64,000 nucleotides of DNA from Gemmatimonadales bacterium (lineage in GTDB: Bacteria > Gemmatimonadota > Gemmatimonadetes > Gemmatimonadales > GWC2-71-9), in contig DASYCE010000017.1 in NCBI GenBank assembly GCA_036500345.1, forward strand, positions 10,071-74,070. The letters run 5' to 3'. This document shows, one piece after another, positions 34,544 through 42,560 of this stretch; position 1 is the first letter of the stretch; the number at the start of each line of letters is the position of its first letter. Made by a program: the position numbers and the translations under genes. The notes under the pieces are model-generated. The model was not told the origin of the DNA. It made no database searches and worked only from the letters and a program-made list of their open reading frames with translations.

Positions 34544-35676
34544 GTCGGACGATCGAGGACGCGGAAGGTCTGGTAGGGTGTGAAGCCGGCCTTGCTCAAT
34601 CCCTGGATAATGCCGTGGTTGTCCTCGAGGAGCCAGCTCGCCTCGCCCCAGCCGATGCCGCGCTCCGCCGTCTTCGACCAGATCCAGTGATAGAGTGCCG
34701 AGTCGATCCCCTTGCCACGCCACTCGGGGACGACGCCGAGGAGGAGGATCCGCGAGCGGGTCAGCTTCTTCATCTTGATCTTGTACAGCATCGTGAGCGA
34801 CGCCGGAAACATCGCGCCGTTGCGATTGTACCGCAGCGCTTCATTCAGGTCGGGGAGCGTGAGACCGAACGCGATTGCCTTGCCGTCCTTCTCGACGAAC
34901 GGCACCAGTTCCGGGATCACCACCGGCTTGAACGCCGTCGCGAGAAGATCGATCTCCGCGTCGGTCATCGGGATGAAGCCCCAATTGTCTTCCCAGCAAT
35001 CGTTGTAGAGCTTCTTGACGAGTTCGACCTCGTCCTTGAACCGCTTCATGTTGAGTGGGCGGATGGTGATGCCGTACCGCTGCTTGAGCAGGGTGACGGC
35101 GCGTTCGGTGCGCTCCGGCGGCGTCACCGGGCCGTCGAGCGATCCTCCCTGCAGCGCGATGAGGTCCTTCGCCTTGGTGAACCCGGCGGTCTCGAGAAGG
35201 GTGAGATAGTACGGCGGGTTGTGCGGCATCATGATCGAGTTCGGCATGTCGAAGCCGTCGATCAGGAGACCGCATTCATCGTTGACCGAGAACGACATCG
35301 GCCCGCGGAGGGTATCGAGCCCACGGGACTTGACCCAGTCGCTGGCGGTCTGCAGCAGTGCCTGCGCGACGGTGAAGTCGTTGATCGTCTCGAAGAAGCC
35401 GAAGAATCCGACCTTGTCGTGGTGGTACTCGTTGTGGAGTCGATTGTGGATCGCGGCAATGCGGCCGACAATCTTCCCGTCGCGTTCGGCGATGAAGTAA
35501 TCGGCTTCGGCGTGCTGGAAGAACGGGTTGTGGGCGCGGTCGAGCAGCTTCTTCACCTCGGCGCGAAACGGCGGGACCCAGTTGAGGTCCCGCCGATGCA
35601 AGACGTAAGGCAAATCGATGAAGCGGGCGAGATCCTTCGCCGTCTCGACGCGCCGGATCGCCGGCGCGGTGTTCAG
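34540..35676 (-). CDS. GNAT-like N-acyltransferase (~378 aa family)
   Basis: The track ORF starts at TTG 35613. However, the 21 in-frame codons upstream (NTAPAIRRVETAKDLARFID) continue the conserved N-terminus of this family (IR...DL..F..LP..L...D..WVPP, as I recall it). They contain no ATG/GTG/TTG, so I extend to CTG 35676, which overlaps the upstream TGA (CTGA). Body motifs: NPFFQHAEADYFIAERDGKIVGRIAAI, GFFGFFE, WEDNWGFIPMT, VPEWRGKGIDSALY. Confidence 0.7.
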   Translation of the reverse strand: MNTAPAIRRVETAKDLARFIDLPYVLHRRDLNWVPPFRAEVKKLLDRAHNPFFQHAEADYFIAERDGKIVGRIAAIHNRLHNEYHHDKVGFFGFFETINDFTVAQALLQTASDWVKSRGLDTLRGPMSFSVNDECGLLIDGFDMPNSIMMPHNPPYYLTLLETAGFTKAKDLIALQGGSLDGPVTPPERTERAVTLLKQRYGITIRPLNMKRFKDEVELVKKLYNDCWEDNWGFIPMTDAEIDLLATAFKPVVIPELVPFVEKDGKAIAFGLTLPDLNEALRYNRNGAMFPASLTMLYKIKMKKLTRSRILLLGVVPEWRGKGIDSALYHWIWSKTAERGIGWGEASWLLEDNHGIIQGLSKAGFTPYQTFRVLDRPT

Positions 35677-36881
35677 ATGACCCCCAGCTCCTTCCCGATT
35701 CGCGCGAAGGTGTCGAGCGCGTAATCGATCTGTCCATCACTGTGCGTCGCCATGACGCTGGTGCGCAGGCGACACTGGTCGAGCGGCACCGCGGGCGGGA
35801 CCACCGGATTGGTGAAGACGCCGGCATCGTACAGCTTGCGCCAGAATAGGAACGTCCTGTCGAGCGGACCGATCAGCACCGGGACGATCGGCGTCTGGGT
35901 CGGCCCGATGTCGAACCCGAGCGAACGGAAACCGTCCTGCAGCCGCTTGGCATTGACCCAGAGTGCGTCGCGGCGTTCCGGTTCGCGCTGCATCACCTCG
36001 AGCGCCGCGAGGACGCCCGCGGTATTCGCCGGCGGGAGCGACGCGGTGAAGATGAACGGCCGCGAATGATGCTTGAGGAAGTGGATCACCGATTCGTCGG
36101 CGGCGAGGAAGCCACCGACCGACGCGAGCGACTTCGAGAAGGTGCCGGCGATGATGTCCACCTCGGCCTGCAGGCCGAAGTGTGCGCCGGTCCCTTCGCC
36201 GCGCGGGCCGAGGACGCCGAGGGCATGCGCGTCGTCGACCACGAGGGCGGACCCGTGCTTGCGCGCCAGGCGCACCAGCTCGGGGAGATTGGCGATGTCG
36301 CCTTCCATCGAGTAGATGCCGTCGACGACGATCATCGTGCCCTTGCCGCTCGTGTTGCGGTCGAGCAGGAAGGCGAGATGCGTCATGTCGTCGTGATTGA
36401 ACCGCTCGGTCCGGCCGAAGGCGAGCTTGGCGCCGTCGACGATGCAGGCGTGATCGAGCTTGTCGAGGTAGACGGTCTCGTTGCGGCCGAGGATTCCCGA
36501 GATCAGGCCAAGGTTGGCGCCATAGCCGGTGGAGAAGACGATGCACGCTTCCTTGCCCAGGAACTCGGCGAGTGCGGTTTCGAGTTTCTCGTGCAGGTCG
36601 AGCGATCCGTTGAGGAATCGCGACCCGGTGCACCCCGATCCGTACCGGTGGAGCGCCTTGGCTGCAGCTTCGAGCACCTTAGGGTGGTGCGTCAGCCCGA
36701 GGTAGTTGTTGGAGCCGAGCATCAGGCGCTTCTTCCCCTCGATGACTACTTCCGTGTCATCGGATTCGGAAATCGCCTTGAAGTAGGGATAGAGACCCGC
36801 GGCCTGGACTTCACGTGCTGCGGTGAAATTCCGGCACTTGTCGAAAAGTGCCACCTGGGACTGGAGCGTCTCGGTCGCCAC
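35673..36881 (-). CDS. Alpha-oxoamine synthase, serine palmitoyltransferase-like (PLP-dependent acyl-CoA/ACP:amino acid C-acyltransferase)
   Basis: LGSNNYLGL, GSGCTGSRFLNGS, IVFSTGYGANLGLIS, DDAHALG, GTFSKSLASVGGF (PLP lysine) and RPFIFTASLPP. I chose GTG 36881 (GAGG 5 nt upstream); the track ATG at 36980 adds 33 odd-looking codons that overlap the divergent gene's leader. Confidence 0.85.
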   Translation of the reverse strand: MATETLQSQVALFDKCRNFTAAREVQAAGLYPYFKAISESDDTEVVIEGKKRLMLGSNNYLGLTHHPKVLEAAAKALHRYGSGCTGSRFLNGSLDLHEKLETALAEFLGKEACIVFSTGYGANLGLISGILGRNETVYLDKLDHACIVDGAKLAFGRTERFNHDDMTHLAFLLDRNTSGKGTMIVVDGIYSMEGDIANLPELVRLARKHGSALVVDDAHALGVLGPRGEGTGAHFGLQAEVDIIAGTFSKSLASVGGFLAADESVIHFLKHHSRPFIFTASLPPANTAGVLAALEVMQREPERRDALWVNAKRLQDGFRSLGFDIGPTQTPIVPVLIGPLDRTFLFWRKLYDAGVFTNPVVPPAVPLDQCRLRTSVMATHSDGQIDYALDTFARIGKELGVI

Positions 36882-36929
36882 GGGTCCTCGCGGAGCTCGG
36901 GTGGAACTTCGTCGAATTGGGGGGCAAGT

Positions 36930-39206
36930 TTGTTGCCTGTTCAAGGACTCAAAATTAGGACCTCGACCATACTGACACAAGCCGAAAACCAGTTTTCATT
37001 CGCCCCTCTCCGGCCTAACCCTCTGTGGTTCCTTGTCTTAGCGCTACTCTCGGGATTGGCCGGCCCGGCTGCGGCGCAATACCCGCGCGCCAGGATCGGG
37101 GATTTCGAGGTCCGGGGGTTCGACTTTACCCCCAATGGCGCCTGGCGGCGCTCCTCCCGGCTGGTGATGGACGCACGCCGCAGCATGCTCCGCACCGGCG
37201 CCGTTGCATCGCTCAACGCGGGCACGCCGCGGACCACCGTGCGGGGGCATTACTTCGTCCCGGTAGTCCCGATCCTCTTCCGCAACGCGACCGCACCATT
37301 CTCGGCGCCGCAGTATCAGGACCTCTTCTTCAATCCCGCGCCGGTGGGACGGGCATGGAGCGTCCGCAGCTACTACACCGCGGCGTCACGCGGCAACATC
37401 GTCCTCGATGGCAATGTCTTTCCGTGGGTGCCGGTCGACAGCAACGCCGCGTACTACGAAGACGGGTGCAACGGGATCGGTGTGCTGGCGCCGTGTCCGG
37501 CGCAGACGCATTCGCGAATGGGAGCATTGCTTCAAGCGGCGCTCGATTCGATCTCGCGCGGACCGGGCGGCGACACGGTGTGGAGCCGCTTCGACAATGA
37601 CGGCCCCGACGGCATCCCGAACTCCGGAGACGACGATGGCGTGATCGACGTCGTCGCGTTCCTGCAGCCCGGCGTCGATGGAGCCTGTGGCGGGGAAGGG
37701 ATCTGGTCGCACCGTGGCGGGTTCTCGCTGTGGAACAATGGGCAGCCGTATGTGACCCGCACGCCGCGCCGTGATGCCGGCGGCAATCCGATCGCGGGCC
37801 AGTTTCTCACCATCGATTCCTACACGATCCAGTCGGCGGTCGGCGGCGACGACGCCTGCACGGCGTCGCAGATCATGCCGATCGGCACCGTCACGCACGA
37901 GACCGGCCACGCCTTTGGCCTTCCCGATCTGTATGACACCGATCCCAATTCGGCGACGCAGGGCGCGGGGGAATGGAGCCTGATGTCGTCGGGGACATAC
38001 GCTCGCCCGTATTCGCCGTCGTCATTCGACGCCTGGTCGCTGGTGCAGCTGGGATGGGTCACCGTCGACACGCTGGCGAGCGGCACGACGCGGATCGCGG
38101 CGCCGGTGCAGACAAGTGGGACCGTGTATTACGCGTCAACCGACGGACCGCTCTATCTCCTGCTGGAGAACCGAGGCAACGTCGGTACCGATACCGCCCA
38201 GATGAATCCGGCGTTTGCGCACGCCAAGGTTCCCGGCCTGCTCGCCTGGCTGATCGATGATGCGCGCGTCAGTCAGGGCGCGCTCCCCGTCAATCGCGTC
38301 AACACCAGCCCGCACCAGGGGGTCGCGCTGGTGCAAGCCGACGGCCTCGACCAGTTGCGCACGGCGTTCGGCGGAAATCGTGGCGACGGTGGCGACCCAT
38401 TCCCCGGCACGACCGGCAATCACGATTTCGGATTGATGACGCTCCCCGCGGCGATCGACTGGAACCTGCAGCCGCTCGATATCCGGCTCGACCAGATCGT
38501 GGCGCATCCTGATGGAAGCGTTTCGTTCCGGTATCTGCGGCGGGCACCGTCGCTGATCAGTTCCAACGATCCGCTCGCGCACCTGCTCGTCAACGGCTTT
38601 TCCACGTCGCGGTACACCGAGGTCGTGGCGCCAGGTGATCCGCTGCAGCTGTCCGCCGATTCGACGCAGCTCTCATTCGACGGACGGAGCGCCGCGCGCT
38701 TCGTGTCGTGGAGCGACGGCGGTGACCGGACCCATCTTGCCGTGGCGCGCGCCGGTGCACCCGACTCGATCGCCGCGACCTTCGCCGTGGCGAACCGGTT
38801 GCGCATCACAGTGGCGGGGGCGGGAAGCGTGACCTCGAGCGTGAGCGGCGCCGTCGGCTCCGGCGCGTTCCTCGACGCCGCTACCGCCGTCCACCTCGTG
38901 CCGGTCCCGGCCAACGGATCGACCTTCGTCGGATGGCGCGGCGATACCGCCGGGACCGGCCTGCTCGACATCACCATGCAGCACCCGTTCGATCTGACCG
39001 CGGTCTTTGCCGTCGCCGTGACGATCGACGCCGCCGCCGCCGCGCGCTCCCTCCTCGGCGGGCCGCCGCTCGACGCCGCAAGCGCGGCGTATCTTGATGC
39101 GATCGGCAATCAGAACGGGATCTATGACGTGGGCGATTACCTCGCGTGGCTCAACCGGACGGGGCAGCAGATCCCGGCGGCGCTGCAACGGGTGAGGGGA
39201 TCGTGA
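36930..39206 (+). CDS. Secreted M6-family (immune inhibitor A-like) zinc metalloprotease with C-terminal beta-repeat domains
   Basis: Only the part after ~36930 of track ORF 36066..39206 is real; the rest is antisense to the SPT-like gene. Signal peptide PLWFLVLALLSGLAGPAAAQ. Catalytic TVTHETGHAFGLPDLYD (HExxH...D) and GAGEWSLMSSG. C-terminal repeats FVSWSDGG / FVGWRGD. The start is uncertain: the only in-frame candidates are TTG 36930/36933 or CTG 36972. Confidence 0.75.
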   Translation: MLPVQGLKIRTSTILTQAENQFSFAPLRPNPLWFLVLALLSGLAGPAAAQYPRARIGDFEVRGFDFTPNGAWRRSSRLVMDARRSMLRTGAVASLNAGTPRTTVRGHYFVPVVPILFRNATAPFSAPQYQDLFFNPAPVGRAWSVRSYYTAASRGNIVLDGNVFPWVPVDSNAAYYEDGCNGIGVLAPCPAQTHSRMGALLQAALDSISRGPGGDTVWSRFDNDGPDGIPNSGDDDGVIDVVAFLQPGVDGACGGEGIWSHRGGFSLWNNGQPYVTRTPRRDAGGNPIAGQFLTIDSYTIQSAVGGDDACTASQIMPIGTVTHETGHAFGLPDLYDTDPNSATQGAGEWSLMSSGTYARPYSPSSFDAWSLVQLGWVTVDTLASGTTRIAAPVQTSGTVYYASTDGPLYLLLENRGNVGTDTAQMNPAFAHAKVPGLLAWLIDDARVSQGALPVNRVNTSPHQGVALVQADGLDQLRTAFGGNRGDGGDPFPGTTGNHDFGLMTLPAAIDWNLQPLDIRLDQIVAHPDGSVSFRYLRRAPSLISSNDPLAHLLVNGFSTSRYTEVVAPGDPLQLSADSTQLSFDGRSAARFVSWSDGGDRTHLAVARAGAPDSIAATFAVANRLRITVAGAGSVTSSVSGAVGSGAFLDAATAVHLVPVPANGSTFVGWRGDTAGTGLLDITMQHPFDLTAVFAVAVTIDAAAAARSLLGGPPLDAASAAYLDAIGNQNGIYDVGDYLAWLNRTGQQIPAALQRVRGS

Positions 39207-39589
39207 TGCGGTACCGGCGCGTCGGATGGTTCGCGATGGGCGTGGTGCTCTGCGTGGCGTGCGACAACGGCAGGGCGCACGCCGGCACGCTCGCCGTCGA
39301 TCTCGTCGCTGCCGGTGCCAACGACGGCGCAATCGTGCTGACGATCAGTGGTGGTCCGGTCACGGCGGTTCATCCTCCCGCGGGTTTCCAGGTGGCGAGC
39401 AATGCCAACGCAACGGGCACACACGTGATGGTGACCGGCACAATCGCTGCGGGTACGGTGGCATTCATCGACGTCCCCGACATATCGCGCGCCAGCGCAT
39501 ACGCGGTGACGGTGGATCAGGTGGCTGACCGGGCCTCGTTCGCGCTCCTCGATCCGGCACCATACCGGGCAACGGTGGTGCCGCGGTGA
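39206..39589 (+). CDS. Small hypothetical lipoprotein
   Basis: TGATG overlap with the protease stop. MRYRRVGWFAMGVVLCVAC carries a lipobox. High GC3. I recognise no family. Confidence 0.55.
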   Translation: MRYRRVGWFAMGVVLCVACDNGRAHAGTLAVDLVAAGANDGAIVLTISGGPVTAVHPPAGFQVASNANATGTHVMVTGTIAAGTVAFIDVPDISRASAYAVTVDQVADRASFALLDPAPYRATVVPR

Positions 39590-40971
39590 CCGCACCGCGC
39601 GTCGCGGTGATCGGCGGCGGTCTCGCCGGGCTCGCCGCAGCGGGACGACTGCGAATGCTGGGCATCGAGCCGACGGTATTCGAGCGCGACGCCATCGTGG
39701 GTGGCGTGGTGCGGACGACGGTCGAAGACGGATGGATCATCGAGCAGGGACCGTGCCTCGCGGCGGAGCCCGATCCCGCGGTGCGCGCGCTCCTCGACGC
39801 AGCGGGCCTCGCGGAGTGCACCGTGCGCGCCGCGGCGTCATCGCGCAACCGATACATCGTGCGCAACGGCGCACCGGTGCCGCTGCCGCACACCACCTCC
39901 GATTTTGCGTCATCGCCACTCCTGTCGATCGCCGGCCGGCTGCGACTCCTCAAGGAACGATTCATTGCGCCCGCGCACGACGCGACCGACGAATCGGTCG
40001 ACGCCTTCGCGCGGCGCCGGTTCGGCGACGAGATGGCAGAACGCGTCTTCGATCCGCTCCTCGCGAGCACCGCTGCCGGTGATCCGCGTGAGGTACTTGC
40101 GCGCTATGCGTTCCCCGCCGCGGTGGGACACGAGCGGCGCACCGGATCGGGATTGCAGGGGAGCGCGCGCTCGCGGATGGAAGCGCGGCGGCGAAACCGC
40201 GGGGCACCGCAGGCGAGCTGGAGTTGCTCCGCAGGAATGGCCGAGGTGCCACGCCGGCTGGGCGCATCGATCGGCGATGTTCGCACCGGTGTGATGGTCG
40301 CTCGCGTCGAAGCCGATGCGACTCACGCAATGATTACCGCCTCCGGCGCGGCAGCCGAGGTGTTCGATGGTGTCGTTGTCGCCGTTCCGGTGACGGCACT
40401 CGGCGCGATGCAACTGCAGTGCGCCGCAGCCGATCGGCTCGCCGAGATTGCCACGATGCCGTGTCAGTCGATCGCGGCAGTGTCGCTTGGTTTCCGGCGG
40501 GTCGATGTCGGACACCCGCTCGATGCCGGCCGCCTGCTCGTGCCGACAGTGGAGCGCCGTGCGATCCTGTCGGCCGTGTTCCCGAGCTCGCTCTTTGAAT
40601 CCCATGCGCCCGCGGGACACGTGCTCATCACCGCGTACGTCGGAGGCGCGCGCCGACCCGACGTGATGGAGCTCGACGACTCCGCGCTGCGCGAGCTCGT
40701 GGTGTCGGATGTCACCGCGCTGCTCGAGATCCGGGGAGAGCCGGTCGTCACCCGCATCGACCGCTGGCGGGATGGCTTGCCGCAGGCGGTGGCGGGGCAC
40801 GGTCGCCGGATCGCGGCAGCCGATGCCATCGAAGGAGCCACGGAAACGATCGTCTTCACCGGGAGCTGGCGCGATGGGTTGTCGGTCGGCGAGGTGCTGC
40901 TCGGTGGCGTCCGAGCGGCAGAGCGTCTCGCAACCCGCCGGCGGTGGCTCGAGGTTCCGACTTCTCAGTAG
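39586..40971 (+). CDS. hemY: FAD-dependent protoporphyrinogen/coproporphyrinogen oxidase (HemY type)
   Basis: GTGA overlap with the previous stop. VAVIGGGLAGLAAA dinucleotide fold, GGVVRT...GWIIEQGP, RNGAPVPLP, SVDAFARRRFG; overall length and collinearity fit HemY. Confidence 0.8.
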   Translation: MTAPRVAVIGGGLAGLAAAGRLRMLGIEPTVFERDAIVGGVVRTTVEDGWIIEQGPCLAAEPDPAVRALLDAAGLAECTVRAAASSRNRYIVRNGAPVPLPHTTSDFASSPLLSIAGRLRLLKERFIAPAHDATDESVDAFARRRFGDEMAERVFDPLLASTAAGDPREVLARYAFPAAVGHERRTGSGLQGSARSRMEARRRNRGAPQASWSCSAGMAEVPRRLGASIGDVRTGVMVARVEADATHAMITASGAAAEVFDGVVVAVPVTALGAMQLQCAAADRLAEIATMPCQSIAAVSLGFRRVDVGHPLDAGRLLVPTVERRAILSAVFPSSLFESHAPAGHVLITAYVGGARRPDVMELDDSALRELVVSDVTALLEIRGEPVVTRIDRWRDGLPQAVAGHGRRIAAADAIEGATETIVFTGSWRDGLSVGEVLLGGVRAAERLATRRRWLEVPTSQ

Positions 40972-41041
40972 GCTCGGCGCGGGGGTGTGAGCGTCGCCGC
41001 GTCACTGGCGTCTCCGCGTTACTCACCAGCGGAGAGCCGCC

Positions 41042-41326
41042 ATGTCTGTCGCCCGGCAATCAATCACGATGCGAGGTCTCGCGATCATCCTCTGCGGCAT
41101 GATGTTCGCCGCGGCGCCGCCGCTTCGCGCCCAGATCGTCGCAACTCCGATGTCGGCAGCCGGTGCCGGACCACGGCTTCCGACACGTCCCAGCGCGGCA
41201 CGCGTGGACTTGCCGGGAGAGTCGCTCGGCTACCGGATGATGCCCCGACGGCGCGACACGGTGATTCGTCTGTCGACCGCGGCGATCGTCATCGGCGTCG
41301 TGATTCTGGTGCTGATTCTGGTCTGA
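41042..41326 (+). CDS. Possible small secreted/membrane protein (signal peptide plus C-terminal TM)
   Basis: MRGLAIILCGMMFAAAPPLRAQ signal-like segment and a C-terminal LSTAAIVIGVVILVLILV. GC3 is noticeably lower than in confident genes, so coding status is uncertain. Confidence 0.35.
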   Translation: MSVARQSITMRGLAIILCGMMFAAAPPLRAQIVATPMSAAGAGPRLPTRPSAARVDLPGESLGYRMMPRRRDTVIRLSTAAIVIGVVILVLILV

Positions 41327-41375
41327 ACGCCGGTGCGCGCGATCGCGCCGCCAACGTCATCATGCATGACCACTC

Positions 41376-41400
41376 CTCGCGCGTGCGCATCACGCGCGAG
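41376..41400. other. Perfect 10-bp stem / 5-nt loop hairpin
   Basis: CTCGCGCGTG-cgcat-CACGCGCGAG, 50 nt after the 41042..41326 ORF. No T-tract follows. Confidence 0.3.
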
Positions 41401-41861
41401 GCCCCGGATGAGACCAGCACCGCGGCCATCGACCGCACCTTCCCATGTCGAGAAACGACTATTCGCAGTCCCCGCAAGAGTCCGCCGGTCGCCGGCATCC
41501 ACCGGCACATCTCCGTGACGGCGACGAGGCAATGCCGAGCGAACGCGCTGCGAAGGGGCGACTGAAACCGCGCGACTACCGGCGGCGTGCGCGAGGGAAT
41601 GCTGGCCCGATCTCGCCGAGCGGCACGCCTTGGCGAGCGGCTCCGGCGGACTGGCGACGCGAGCGCGGCACCGATGACGAGTACGCCCCGGTGCGCCGCG
41701 GATCCCCCGACTGAGCCACGACGCGCCGCGGCAAGCGGCGCGATGTGCGTGGCGCGCGGCAACTGCGCGTCCTGTCTCCTGCATTACAGCTCACGCCGAT
41801 CGTTGCAAGGTGCAGCACGATGCAACGGTCTCACCGGTCACCATGCTGAAAAGGAGTGGAG

Positions 41862-42436
41862 ATGCGAGCAATTCGCATTGCGGTCATTGCGGTACTCGGG
41901 GCGAGCGTCCCGGTCGCCGCGCAGGCGCAGTTCTCACTGGGTCTCAAGGCGGGCGCTTCGTTCGCGACGTTGTCGAACAAGGCCCCCGGAAGAGCCGGAC
42001 CGGCTTTGCCGGCGGCCTGGCGTTCGATTTCCGGGCCAAGGTGATCGGCCTCCAGCCCGAGGTGCTCTACGTCCAGAAGGGGGTCGATTTCGAGGGGACA
42101 CCGTCGGCGTCGTCCGATGCGCCGCACATCAGCTACATCGAGGTACCGGTGCTGGTGAAGGTGACCATTCCGACGCCGGCGATCGAACCGATGTTCTACG
42201 CGGGTCCGTCGGTCATGTTCCGGCTGCAATGCCGGGTCAATGATACGGATTGCGGCGACCAGACCAAGAGCACCGACTACGGCGCGGTACTTGGCGCCGG
42301 CCTCCGTTTCGGGGGCGCGCGCGGTTTCACGGTGGAAGGGCGCTATACCTGGGGACTTCGGGACATCCATGACCCCGATGCCGGGGTGAAGAACAATACC
42401 CGCACCTTTCTGCTGCTCGCCGGCGTCTCTCTCTAG
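41862..42436 (+). pseudogene. Outer-membrane beta-barrel (OMP_b-brl_2 / porin-family) gene interrupted by a 1-nt frameshift at a C5 run
   Basis: AGGAG RBS 5 nt before ATG 41862. The signal peptide and first strand (MRAIRIAVIAVLGASVPVAAQAQFSLGLKAGASFATLSNKA) are in one frame. The rest (KSRTGFAGGLAFDF...LQPEVLYVQKG...ISYIEVPVLVKV...VEGRYTWGL...LLLAGVSL) is in the -1 frame. The switch must occur at ggCCCCCgg, 41983-41987; one extra C would restore a single ORF. Confidence 0.7.
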
Positions 42437-42560
42437 CTCTTAAAGTGGCGCCCATCCGGGGGCCTGGCGATCGCTCGCCAGGCCCCGGGTGGTTGCAGGT
42501 CAATCGGCTTGCGATAGAGTTTACCGCAGCAATTTCCTTCAGGTCCAGGAGCCCGCTGCG

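Noticed and set aside
36066-36929. N-terminal ~290 codons of the 1046-aa ORF 36066..39206.
   Set aside because: This part is antisense to the SPT-like gene. The real protease begins near its signal peptide (about 36930-36972).
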